Source: Octopus sinensis (lineage: Eukaryota). From it: a stretch of DNA of 64,000 nt. Under the pieces are notes generated by a model. It was not told the origin of the DNA, did not search any database, and was given only the letters and a program-made list of their open reading frames with translations. A program made the position numbers and the translations under genes. The stretch is taken from NCBI RefSeq assembly GCF_006345805.1, contig NC_043003.1, positions 2,046,001 through 2,110,000 of the forward strand, in the 5' to 3' direction. Positions 26,138-38,349 of this stretch are shown here, piece by piece. The number at the start of each line of letters is the position of its first letter. Within the stretch, counting starts at the first letter, position 1.

Positions 26138-26397
26138 GGTTGGTCACGGCTGGAACACTTTAATCAAAAGCTTCCTCATCAGAGCTGAAACCAGCAAGAA
26201 ACCAAATTGAATGTATTTTGGGTTCTCCTGACAATTTGTTCCAGTTCACTGGCGATAACATTATTCAAAGCAGTTCACTGTTGAATAGCAACTGAGTTTG
26301 GGCAACAAGGATTCAAGACTAACAGCCGACACTCTGTTGCTCCCCACCGATTCCCGCTTTTCTGGTTGTCTTTCATTTCTATTGCTTAATTGTTGTG

Positions 26398-26440
<43 letters not shown>

Positions 26441-26580
26441 TTTTACATGAACACAAGAATAACCAGCAGATAATTGTGTCATACTCATTATAAAGTGTGT
26501 GCCTGTGTGTGTATGTACACTCACATACACACACTGGCTTATACAAACTTAGTCATTACTTGTACATGCTCCCAAACATA

Positions 26581-26639
<59 letters not shown>

Positions 26640-26648
26640 GTATGTATA

Positions 26649-28102
26649 TTGGGTTAGCAAGGAAGTAATTTGGTTTTTCGCAAATAGATAGGGTTAGGAT
26701 TTTTTTTTAATGAATTTTGTGAATGTTATGATTCTTTTCCCTTTTGACATTCAATAGTCGTTACTTTTAACTTACTCCAGAAGCTAATTGCACGTAATTT
26801 TGTTTACAGCTGTTAGTTCAGCATTGGTTTTAACTCAGAGTGCAAAAACGAACATTTTCGCCATATTCTGCTTTTTTATTTCCACAAAGGCAAAGAAAGC
26901 TGCTGAGGCTCACAATAAGATATGTGAAGTTTAGGGTCTTGACTGCTTAACAGAACATACATGGTCAGAAATGGTTTAAAAAATTCTGTTCTGGAGATTT
27001 TTCACTGAAAGATGACCGACATTCTGGTCGACTTACTGAAGTTGATGATGACCAAATCAAAGCCATAATTGAATCTGATTGTCATGTGACTGTGCGAGAG
27101 ATTGCAGAGAGGTTAAATGTATCAAACACAACAACTGAAAATCACTTAAAATGTCTTGGACTCGTTAAGACGCTGGCAGAAATGTTAGCACGCCGGGTGG
27201 AATACTTAGTGGCATTTCATCCATCTTTATGTTCTGAGTTCAAATTCCACCAAGGTCAACTTTGCCTTTCATCCTTTCGGGGTCGATAAATTAAGTACCA
27301 GTTATGCACTGGGGTCGATGTAATCAACTTAATCCTTTTGTCTGTCCTTGTTTGTTCCCTCTATGTTTAGCCCCTTGTAGGTAATAAAAAAAAATAATAA
27401 TAAAAATAATTTTAAAAAAAAAGACGCTTGATATTTGTGTTCCACATAAATTGAAAGAGATTCACTTTACACAACGAATCAGTGTCTGCGACATGCATCT
27501 CAAACACAACGAAATCGACCTTTCTTTGAATCAGATCATCAGTGGTGATGAAAAGTGGATTGTCTATAATATCAATCGAAAATGATGATGGTCCAAGTGT
27601 AATGAACCAGCAGAAACCACATCGAAAGCTGAATTGCATAAAAAAAAAGGTCATGCTGTCAACAACTAATGAAACAGGAGGAAGCAATCAAAGAAAAACG
27701 GCCAGAACTGGGATCTTGTAAAGGAATCATGTTCCACCGAGACAAGGCTAGACCACACATGTCTTTGTTTACTCATGAAAATTTACTGGAGCTTGGTTGG
27801 GAAGTGGTGTCACATCCACCATTCAGCCCCGACTTTGCACCATCAGATTACCATTTATTTTGAAGTTTGCAAAACTCTTTGAACAGTAAAACTTTCAAGA
27901 ATAATGATGATCTGAAATCACACTTGCTTCAGTTTTTGGCTGATAAGGACCAGAAGTTCTATGAGCGCAGAATCATGAAGTTGCCAGAAAGATGGCAAAA
28001 GATCATTGAACAAAATGGAAAATATATAATTGATGAAATTTCATTCTTTGTATGAAAAAAAAAATGACTATATTTCACACTAAAAATTAGTTGCCAACCC
28101 AA
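26649..28102 (+). mobile_element. mariner transposon fossil (pseudogenised transposase)
   Basis: TA|TTGGGTTAGCAA ... TTGCCAACCCAA|TA termini. Motifs VPHKL, GDEKWI, HRDKARPH and HPPFSPDFAPSDYHLF, with many stops and frameshifts. Confidence 0.92.
27170..27420 (+). mobile_element. SINE family B inserted in the mariner fossil
   Basis: Direct repeat AAGACGCT at 27167-27174 and 27421-27428 (probable TSD) and an A-rich tail. Confidence 0.85.
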
Positions 28103-28250
28103 TATAAATACACACATGCAAATATACATACACAAATCTACATTCAGATACCTACATATATGCATTTATAGCGTTATATAATACTACACACACACACACG
28201 CATACCCACACTCTCCCTCTTCCTCAGTGTGAATACACACACACACTCAG

Positions 28251-29337
28251 ACATGACAGAAGTATATAGACACCCCATAAAACATCGTTTCATGTTTATT
28301 CTAACTTGTAAAGGTTTATATTTTTTATTAATTGACATTTTTATATTTCAGGTTCTATATCCAACTGTTTAATCATGCCACGTACAAAAGAAGCCTTGGG
28401 AACTGTCTGAATTTCAAAGGGGCCATATTGTGGGTCATTCTGAAGGTGGACTGAGTCAGCAAAAAATCACAGAAAACCTTGGGATCCCACTTTCTACAGT
28501 TAATAGAGTGATTGTATAATTCACTAGAGAGGGGAAGAAGTCCACATCACCTCACCCAGGTCGACCAGGGCTGTATGACAGGACCCTTCTCTTAGTTAAG
28601 AGAAGTGTGGAAGACAATCCTCATTGCAAGGCCTCTGACATAGCAGAACAAGTGGATGTCAGTCCCAGAACAGCTGCCAGGTATCTCCACAACCCTGGCT
28701 GCTATGGCAGAGCAGCAAAAAACGAAGCCACTTCTTTGACCAGCCAATATCAAGCGGAGAAAAGATTGGGTCAGTGAGATGGTGGAGAGGCCACTAGCAT
28801 TTTGGGACACTGTCATATTCTCTGATGAGTCCAGATTTGCTGTATTCTCTGACAGTGGTCGAGTGTGGGTCTGGAGACTCTGTGATCAAGAATTTGATGT
28901 GAAAAGATTGCAGCCAACAATGAAACACGGCAGCTATTCTGTGATGGTCTGGGGCTCCTTGTCACATGGCTAAAATGACCCAAGGTTTGTTGGATGAGAA
29001 TGGCATTAAAAAGCTTCCATGGCCAAGCCAGTTCCCAGATGTGAATTCTGTTGAACACCTCTGGGACATAATGGACAAAGACACTTCATAAAAAGAACAA
29101 GAAAGCATCTTCAAAGCCAGATCTTTTGAAATTACTGCCTGTAACTTGGCAAGAAATTCTTCAAAAGAATATTCATCTGATTATTAACATGCCTAATAGG
29201 GCCCTAGCATTGAAAAATGCAAAGGGCATGTCTGTTAAATATTAAATATTCACTTATACCATTTAATAAATAATTTGAATATATAATTTCAGATTTAATT
29301 AATGATTATAAGGGTGTCTTCGTTACTTCTCTCATGT
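28251..29337 (+). mobile_element. Tc1-like transposon fossil, internally deleted
   Basis: Imperfect TIRs acatgacagaagta..agacaccc / gggtgtct..tacttctctcatgt. Motifs [17 protein letters not shown] and WPSQFPDVNSVEHLW. Confidence 0.85.
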
Positions 29338-29747
29338 GTGTGTGTGTGTGTGTGTAAAGAATGGAACTGGTAAAATACGGACTACGAGCTAATAGTGAAT
29401 TACATGGAAAACTGCGAGCAAGAGAAATATTCTTAAGATTATAAACCTGGAAAAGTTCAGGACAAGTTATTACAACTAGTAAAGTACAGAACAAGAACAT
29501 TTTTACTTAAAATATTGCAGCTAAGGATATGTGGCACGTAAAAGCACCATCCGTTCGTGGCCGTTTGCCAGCTCCGTCTGGCACGTAAAAAGCACGGAGT
29601 GGTTGGCGTTAGGAAGGGCATCCAGCCGTAGAAACACTGCCAGATCAGACTGGGCCTGATGCAGCCTTCTGGCTTCCCAGACCCCAGTTGAACTGTCCAA
29701 CCCATGTTAGCATGGAAAGCGGACGCTAAATGATGATGATGATGATG

Positions 29748-29936
29748 ATATATATGTATATGTATATATGTATATATATATATTGTATATATATATATAT
29801 GTTATATATATATATTATATGTATATATATATATAATATATATATATATGTATATATGTATATATGTATATATATATATATATATATGTATATGTATATA
29901 TATATGTATATATATATATATTATATGTATATATAT

Positions 29937-30003
<67 letters not shown>

Positions 30004-30026
30004 GTATATATGTATATGTATATGTA

Positions 30027-30083
<57 letters not shown>
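29748..30083. repeat. Long (TA)/(TATG) microsatellite
   Basis: Direct inspection. Confidence 0.95.
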
Positions 30084-30086
<3 letters not shown>

Positions 30087-30100
30087 TATTTTATAGAAGG

Positions 30101-30151
30101 AGCTCCTACAGGACTAGAACTGTTTCATTCAAATGAAATCATCAGGAAGCT
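30101..30151 (-). ncRNA. Mirror hammerhead motif in palindrome 30088-30211
   Basis: Reverse-complement copy with stem I agcttc/ggagct (one G-U pair). Confidence 0.8.
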
Positions 30152-30198
30152 TCCTGATGATTTCATTTGAATGAAACAGTTCTAGTCCTGTAGAAGCT
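30148..30198 (+). ncRNA. Canonical-core type I hammerhead ribozyme motif
   Basis: agcttc | CTGATGA | t ttcatttgaa t | GAAA | cag ttctagtc ctg | TA | gaagct. 6-bp stem I and GUA triplet. Confidence 0.85.
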
Positions 30199-30280
30199 AC
30201 TTCTATAAAATGAATTAATTTACTCTGCTATGTATTGAGTACCTTATTTACTATGGTTAACCCCGACTCAACCCGGGACC

Positions 30281-30319
<39 letters not shown>

Positions 30320-30394
30320 GCACTTGTATATTAGGTCATGGAGGGGGTGTATTATTTATGCCAAGTTATAAATTTAGTCTCATAACAGCCTATT

Positions 30395-30436
30395 CATGTT
30401 ACCGAACGGTTTCAAGCTCTTTCTTCAGCAGACATG
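30395..30436 (-). ncRNA. Hammerhead-like motif with a 3-nt (CTG) insertion before the core
   Basis: - strand: catgt ctg CTGAAGA aagagctt GAAA ccgttcgg TA acatg, then an ~80-nt tail into (TA)n. Confidence 0.55.
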
Positions 30437-31211
30437 CTGGGGCGCGACCTTAAAGGGTTCAGTCGAAGGGCTTAGTTGAACAGATTGACCCCAGTACATA
30501 TTTTTTAAAGTCTGGTCCTTCTATCAGTCCTTTCTGCTGAACTGCTTAGACAGACAGACAGACAGATATACAGGCTCGCATATTCATACAAGGACAGTGA
30601 CACACACACACACACACACACACAAAAGGGGTCGCCTAAGATAGAATATAACTATGCTGTTTTAATACTGCTACATCTGGTTCTCCCTACATGTGTCGCG
30701 GAGGGAGTGAAGGCAGGGGAGGTGTGTCTATATAAAAATAAGGTACATTATTTATAAAACAGTCAAGATTTGGCGTTCTGTCGGCCCTTTCGAAGCAAGG
30801 TCTACACTTAAAAGGTGGGGGAGGTTTCTGCCTGGTTTGATCAAACATGCCAGAAATACGTTCAGAGTCAACGATTCGAATGCTCGGCAAAAGAATGTAA
30901 CTTGATAAAATATTTGTGTAAACCAGAAAAGCAGATTGAATGTCTTTGTTTTGTAATGATTTGTATTTCTGATTTGTATCCAATAAATGGACATGTACGG
31001 GGATTCAACGAGTTTCTGTTCTGCTCTCCCTCTCTCTAATCTATCTATTTTTGCAGTGAGAGTGAGAGAGAGAGAGAGAGCAAAAAGACAGAAAGTGAGA
31101 GAAAGAGAGAGAGAGAGAGAGTGTGTGTGTGTGTGTAAAATAAAGGCAAAGACAACAGCAAATAGTCTCTATACTGAATATTATACTTACAGTTCAAACT
31201 GTCTCTGTCTG

Positions 31212-31252
<41 letters not shown>

Positions 31253-31284
31253 TTATGTATCTATCTATCTATATAACAATATTG

Positions 31285-31638
31285 ACTGAGGTTACCGTGG
31301 TCTTTTTCGTAGGCTTTTCTTCCCACGGATAAACCTTATCTGCTTCCCCCTTTACACTGTACATCATGACATTGTGATACACGATCCCTATTGATCGTTT
31401 TTTTTTCCTCTTCCCCTTTTTTTCCTCCTTTTTCCTTTTCTTTTCTTTTGTTTCTTTTCCTTTTTTCCTTCTTTTTTCTCTTTTTTTTCTTTTTTCCCTT
31501 TTACGATCCCTTTTGATCAAAAACCTACGCCACTTTTTTTGTTTCTTTTGTTTTTTGTTTTTTTTCATCCCCCAAAAGAAAAGCTCTACCTTGTAATTTG
31601 TCCCATCTGTGTGCAGCCCTGTGTGGCCAATAAAAAAA
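31285..31638 (+). mobile_element. 3' end of an unclassified LINE-like element (T-rich 3' UTR, AATAAA-poly(A))
   Basis: The end ttgtccc..tgtgtgcagccctgtgtggccaataaaaaaa resembles the tail of SINE B at 27340-27400. Confidence 0.45.
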
Positions 31639-32169
31639 CTTATCTATCTATCTATCTATCTAGATAGATAGATAGATAGATAGACAAGTAACAGACGGAC
31701 AGGTAGGTAGGTAGATAGATAGATAGCCAGGGGCTGCTCCAGGCTCCAGTCTGATCTGGCAATGTTTCTACAGCCGGATGCCCTTCCTAACGCCAACCAC
31801 TGTGAAAGTGTAGTGGGTGCTTTTTACGTGCCACCGGCACGGGAGACAGTCAGGTGGTTCTGGCATCGACCACATTCGGATGGTGCTTTTTACGTTCCAC
31901 CGGCACGGGGAGCTTGTCAGGCTGCACTGGTATCGACCCACGCTCGAATGGTGCTTACTGTGTTCCACCAGCACGGGTGCCAGTCAGGTAGCACTGACAT
32001 CAGACACAACTACGATTTCCATTTTGATATCCATTTTACTTGATCCAATAGATCGCCCGACGATTCAAGGGTACTTTAAAATGGGCTGGTTATGCGACAG
32101 AGGTATATATATATATATATGTATTATATATATATGTATGTATTATATATATATATTATATATATATAT

Positions 32170-32200
<31 letters not shown>

Positions 32201-32329
32201 TTAGATAGATAGATAGATTTATATGAAATTTTGAATTTAGTTGACGGACTCCCAGTACTATCTTTGCGGACAACCAGGAGTCCGCGGACCACTAAGTTAG
32301 GCATTTATATATATATATATATATATACG

Positions 32330-33154
32330 AGAATCCACTATTCTTTAATGCACTATCGTAATAAGGCACCTTATTACGATAGCGCATTAAAGAATAGTGG
32401 ATTCTCGGAGAAGATCCAGTTCAACCAGCTTAATGCTAATAATAATGCTGCACGAAGAACTAGGACCAGGAAAGTTTTGTGGTTCAACCCGGCTTTCAAT
32501 TTGGCCGTAAAGACTAATATAGGTAAGGAATTTTTGAGATTAGTCTCTAAGCATTTTAAGCAGGGTCATAAATTCTACAGAATATTTAATAGAAGAACCC
32601 TGAAGGTTAGCTATTCTTGTTGCAGAAATTTCGCCTCTTACATTAGCCAACATAATAGGAAGCTAATTGAGATTAGACATGGTGCCGAGCCCATTAAGAA
32701 ATGTAATTGCAAAAACGAAAGCTCCTGTCCGTTAGAAGGGAAATGTCTAGTGAAAGGAGTAGTTTATAGAGCCAAGGTGCAAGTGGAAGGCTCATCGGAA
32801 TACAAGACATACACAGGGGCTTCAGAAAATTCATTTAAAACAAGATTTTATTCTCATAAGAATTCTTTTAAATACCCAGAGAATAGGAAGAAAACCAGCC
32901 TAGCAAAATATGTCTGGGAACTAAAAGAAAAGGAAGCCCCACCTTTCAACGTGACATGGAGCATTCTGGACAGGGCGGCACCATACAGGCATGGAGCTTA
33001 CAAATATAATTTCAAGTGCAGACTTTGCCTATTAGAGAAAATGCACATCTTATTCAAAGACAATAATTCTTTGAATCAAAGAAGTGAGTTAATGAACTTA
33101 TGTAGGCACGCGGCTAAATTTAAAATGTCGAATATAAATATACCATATGGATAG
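32330..33154 (+). CDS. C-terminal part of Penelope-like ORF (thumb/linker plus GIY-YIG endonuclease); no true start
   Basis: Stop-free ~274 codons: WFNPAF..KTNIGK.FL, KVSYSC, CNCxxxxxCPLxGxC, GVVY..YTG..FKTRF..H, CRLCLLEK, LNQRSEL..CRH. Confidence 0.88.
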   Translation, partial: RIHYSLMHYRNKAPYYDSALKNSGFSEKIQFNQLNANNNAARRTRTRKVLWFNPAFNLAVKTNIGKEFLRLVSKHFKQGHKFYRIFNRRTLKVSYSCCRNFASYISQHNRKLIEIRHGAEPIKKCNCKNESSCPLEGKCLVKGVVYRAKVQVEGSSEYKTYTGASENSFKTRFYSHKNSFKYPENRKKTSLAKYVWELKEKEAPPFNVTWSILDRAAPYRHGAYKYNFKCRLCLLEKMHILFKDNNSLNQRSELMNLCRHAAKFKMSNINIPYG

Positions 33155-34159
33155 AGTATATATTTTGTATTTTTGATTTTTGATTTTGATTTTGACTCTT
33201 GAGCGCTACGACGGATTTATAGCAAAGTCTTATGTTTCTACATATATATTAGGAAAAACCTACAAACTTTGTTTTCATGTTATTGTATTGCATAGGATTA
33301 CCTTGATTATTTATATTACCTTGATTATTTATAAATGACCCAAAATAGGATGTTATATTTTATTTTATATGTCTTTCGTATATATTTTTATTAATGCATC
33401 CATTTTTTAAAAGCAATGTTTTTTTTAAAAAAAAGCAATGTTGTCAAAATTAGAATGTTTATATAAGTTTGTGTATAGCAAAGCATATGTATTTGTAAGC
33501 ATGCGTATCTGTGTATGTGTAAGTGAAAGTATGCTTGTGCTTAAGCACACATATACACGACGGTATGTATATGTATCAATTCAAACTTGTGTATGTATAC
33601 TGGTCTCTATAGATGCCAATAACATCGTTACAAGTTTTTTCCCCACCCCTCCTTCGTTCCTTTTTCTCTCTTTCCCTTTCTTTCGTTCCCCCTCCTTGCT
33701 CAGTATATGAGAATTGCTACATAGATGAATTTTAGCTTGCGTGCGAGACGGTTTGCGTGAATATATGTACACATGCTTTTATGTGTATATTTAGATTCAT
33801 ATTCATACGTCTGTATATGTATGTATGGCGTTTACGCGCATCCTTTTGTGTATGTTGATATATATATGTAGATTTTAATATAAATATGTATTGCAGTATT
33901 TATAACAGGTTTAATTTCTATGCATTAATTTGTACTGTCTTCATTAACGGCAATAGGTTTTTTCCTCGGTTTTTTCCTCGGATTTTATAATTTTTATAAG
34001 TTTTTTTATATATATATATACATATATTTTTGACCTTTTTGTTTATCGCTCGAAGATTGACCGTTTTTTCTAAAGGGCCAATCAAACAAGTCCATTTCTT
34101 TTTAAAGGTGTAGCGTTTGTAAGAGTATAGATTGAATTAATATATAAGTTCCATTCTAG

Positions 34160-34209
34160 CAAAAACTGTCCGATGAACGGCAACGAGAAACTCAGAGTAA
34201 CAGATTTTG
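34160..34209 (+). ncRNA. Minimal type I hammerhead motif of the Penelope-like element
   Basis: caaaaactgt | CCGATGA | a cg gcaa cg a | GAAA | ctcagag | TA | acagattttg. Stem I pairs 9 of 10 positions; near-palindromic stem III. Confidence 0.75.
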
Positions 34210-34305
34210 TTGAATTTTCTGCTGCTTAAAATAAAGCATATTACTCTACCACTGGTATTTGAGTACTCTTTTTTCCACCTTGTTTCACATTTATGTGTTT
34301 ACTCC

Positions 34306-34348
<43 letters not shown>

Positions 34349-34903
34349 GCGCGCAACAGCGTGTGTGTCTAGATATACATGTAAAAATGCACACACACAC
34401 ACTTTCAGCATGAATTCTACGAATACTGTTCAACACACAGGTATAATTTCCATTTTCCTCGTAATTTTAGTGCTTCCTGTCTGTCTGTGTCTCTCAATGT
34501 GTATCTGCGAGTATGTCCGTTTATTTAACTTTAGAAGCAATTTTCACAATGACATTCACTGATGTTTCGTTTTTGGATCTGATTTGCAAGATTCTTTGTT
34601 TGAGAGTCGAGACTATTGGAAAGGTTGCAAGGCGCAACGAAAAGTTTAGGAAAATAAAAATAAGAAAAAAGTGGGAAGTTTACCGGTGCGTGTGTTACAT
34701 TATAAGGCACAAAAAGAAAATGACTCTCCCCAGACACAACAGAATTTACTGATGTGGATGTGAGATTCAATAAAATCAGTGACATTAAATTTATTATGAA
34801 CCAACACTATTATAACAGAAGGAAAATTCCTTGGCACTGAGGGCGCCCTTCATGGCAGAGTGGCGCTCAGTGGGTCGTTGGATGATGGGTCTTGGCTATT
34901 TAA

Positions 34904-35123
34904 CCCTTTGGTGTTCACATTATTCTGTCTAAAGAATTGCTTATTCAATCTCATTGCTTTGAATTATTCTTGTATTATTTTGTAGCTTTGAGAGTTTGAT
35001 GAGGAAACTGTTAATTCTTAGAATGACATTGTCAGGTTGGTGTGAGAGGCCAGATCTGGTCGGTTTGAACATAAAACATGAGGAATATTTTGGCCAGATA
35101 CGGCCAGTTTAAATGCTAAAGGG
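34904..35123. mobile_element. piggyBac-like MITE
   Basis: TTAA|CCCTTTGGTGTT ... AATGCTAAAGGG|TTAA. Confidence 0.75.
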
Positions 35124-35375
35124 TTAATCGTAGAGAACCCCCCCCCCAAACCATGAAGGTCGTCGTTATAGTTCAACGATTTGGGAGTTTGGGGGGAAAA
35201 GTAGGATAGAAATAGAAATAAGAATTTAGCTGACATATGTAAGATGATGAAAGTCTAGAGCAGGGAGTGGAAGACTTTCGTGTTGGATACGGAATACTTC
35301 CGTTTGGTCGTCGTTAATAATCATGGAATTTGTAAGAGACAAATATTTATACAACTGTACCGACATACGAATATA

Positions 35376-35633
35376 CATGTGTGTGTGTGTGCGTGTTGTG
35401 TGTGTGTGCATGTGTGTGTATGTGCGTGTGTTGTGTGTGTATGTGCGTGTGCTGTGTGTGTGTGTTGTGTGTGCGTGTGTGTGTATGTGCGTGTTGTGTG
35501 TGTGTTGTGTGTGCATGTGCGTGTGTATGTGCGTGTGTTGTGTGTGTGTGTGCTGTGTGTGTTGTGTGTGTGTATGTGCGTGTGTTGTGTGTGTGTGTGT
35601 GTGTGTGCATTGTGTGTTGTGTGTGTGTGTGTC
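35376..35633. repeat. Compound (TG)n microsatellite
   Basis: Direct inspection. Confidence 0.95.
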
Positions 35634-38349
35634 CATGCCGGTACAAGCAAGCATTATGCGCGCAGTACGGACGCATGCAGACAATGTCGGTTTAGAACCG
35701 CATAAAATGTTATGTAAACTTTTTTTTTACATGTTGGATATATTATAGGAATCGATCCCATTAATTGTCCGGTATTTATTTTATCAATTTCAGAAATACG
35801 AAAAGCAAAGCTTACCTTGGCAGGATCTGAGCTCAGGATTGTAAAAAAGCCGTTACAAAATGCTTCATTCTGATTTTGGCACAAGGCCAGAAATTTTGAG
35901 CAAGAAGTTAATTGTATCGACCGCAGTATTTGCTTATTTTATCGAACCCGAAGGATGAAAATAGCAAAGACAATCTCGGTGGAATTTGAACTCGAGACGT
36001 AACTTAACTAAATATTGCAGGCATTTTGTCCATGCTTTAACGATTCGACCAGTCCGCCATCTTGTTGCCTGCACCAAAGTCACACCAATGTCTTTGTCTA
36101 CAGCACAGATTTCCAACCGGTCTGCCGCGGAATAAACATATGTATGTGCTATCATGATTGGTCATTTAGAATAAAAAATATATATTTTGATACTATTTTA
36201 ACAATATATATTATTGTCATCTCATATTTTGTATTGCCATGTATTCTAATAATTATTATATTAAACATTGGCGAAATAAAATTTTTTATTATTCCAGGGA
36301 CAGAGTTTTCTCATACAGATGTTATTATCCTGGAACAAAGATTTGTTATATTGATGTTCAATAAAATAAAAAAACTCACATTTTAGATTTTCTAATAGGG
36401 TTCTGAAAGGCTTGGCAAGGGTGCCTCTAGGCAGAAAAGGTTGGAATAGTGTGATCTAAGACCATCTACTGTAATTCACTGATATTTAAATAGGATCTTT
36501 TAATCATTCGCTAGAATGTCTGACCACTGTTACTACACTCGAAACAGAATGATAGAAATTTTTTAAAAAAACATGCGAATGATACGCCATAATTATTGAG
36601 AATAATGGTCTTGGACAATCAAGGAACTCCAACCGATGATCATGTTCCTCGAACTTCTGAATTCCTGAGTTCAGAAGTTTGAGGGTGAATGGAGATATCT
36701 CTTAACCACTTCTTCTCCCCGCTCTATTCTAGCACGGGATGGCAGCACTTATCGAAGACTATATTTACGTACCAGACAGCAGAAGATGGTCCTGTAGCTA
36801 AGGCATTCAGGATTCGGAGAAGGTCTGGCTCCAAACGTTTCGGCACACAAGCTTACCACCGTGTGGACATACCTAGGTGTCACGCGAACTAACCCCTCTT
36901 CCGAAGATATAAACAGGTCCTCTGTTTTAAGAGCAAAAGAGTTGCAGAGTAAACTGGAAACCAACCAACAGAAGACGATGGAAAGCCATTGTTGTATTTT
37001 TCTCAACAAAGGTTTTCGTATCCTTAGACTTCATCTTTCGACTCGTAGTATGGAGGTCATGGTCGCCGACTCCTGTGTGCATGTCACTTGAAAAGAAAGA
37101 GACTTGATAACGAAACAGTTGATAATTAAGTGCAGACTACTCGGTTACATGGAAGTATTATATCCGTTCTTAGTTATCCAATAACTTTCGTTTTCTTGAC
37201 GCGTTAATACTTCACATCCGCTTAGAAGTACATAGACATTAATACCGATTCTACAACAATGGTCGGTTCTCCCAGTTGCCAAAGTGGTTACAGATGGGTG
37301 GTGCACTTTCATAATAGATTCTCTGTACTTTATTCTCGCCAGTTTATTGACCCCATTACGAAAACATGTGCAATTAAATGTTGAAGTTATTCTGGTAAAT
37401 AATTAAAAAGCAATTACAAAGACTCTGCGGCAGTCGGGGGTCAATAAATGACCCCACTTAGATTAAAGCCTGTATCGACATTGCTTTGACGTTTCCTCAC
37501 TAACACCCTTATACAACTTTAATATATTTCAAAATAATAAGACTGGGTAAATAATTCATTAGAATATCTTTTCTGACTTGTCGATTACGTCAACCAAATT
37601 ATTAAAAGGTTTGAAAATAATTTTTATTTCCTTTTACCGCGCTTAGGGCAAGTATAGAAATATATTCCCTGTAATCCAGCCAAAAATAACTGAATTACAT
37701 TTTTTAATGGGGGTGAGATAACCAAAAAGTACCATCTTGCATTATTCATTGTGGTAGTCCTTTTTTAAAACTGTAGAATATGATTTCATGGACATTTGGC
37801 TGCTATCTCTAGCAGGTCGAATAACATCGCACTTCTTGGCGCATTATTTTCGTATGGGTTGCGGTGTTATCAAAAATCTGTCCGCTTAATCCTTTGCCTA
37901 ACCAAATCATTTATACAGCTTTGTCCTAAACGTCCATGTTTGTTATCAGACGTCACTTAGCCTTTATTTCGTACGTTCCGAGTAACCTAAAGCTTCCCTT
38001 TATATTAATCTCTGGTGGTTGAAAAAATAGTAAACGTGTTATCATATATGATGCAGAAATTTCAGGGAAATATGTCCTGTGTCACATATGTGATAGAAAG
38101 GACAGGCAAATGGTTAATATGTAATGTTCTTATAATCTAAGAGAAATACATCTCGACCTGTATTTCTCAACCATTTTTTGTTTTTTTTGCCTATGGACCC
38201 TTTTGATTCCTATTTTGCTCAGATAGACCCTCGTGGTCGTTCGATGTGTTTTAAAATCATATATTTTTATAATAAAATACTATTAGGAATTATGTTAAAA
38301 AATTGTTAAAATATTTTGTGCATTGTAGAAATAAAAAAAAATTAATAAA

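Larger units (their letters stand above)
32328..34307 (+). mobile_element. 5'-truncated Penelope-like retroelement flanked by (TA)n
   Basis: GIY-YIG ORF, ~1.15-kb 3' region with a hammerhead motif, and (TA)n at both ends. Confidence 0.88.

Noticed and set aside
29730-30170. YI-repeat ORFs (also the CV/HT-repeat ORFs at 8384-8759, 35226-35748 and 43684-44040)
   Set aside because: Stop-free frames produced by dinucleotide microsatellites.
32231-32327. N-terminus of the 307-aa ORF in the track
   Set aside because: Read-through of an unrelated repeat fragment and (TA)n. Homology starts at ~32330.
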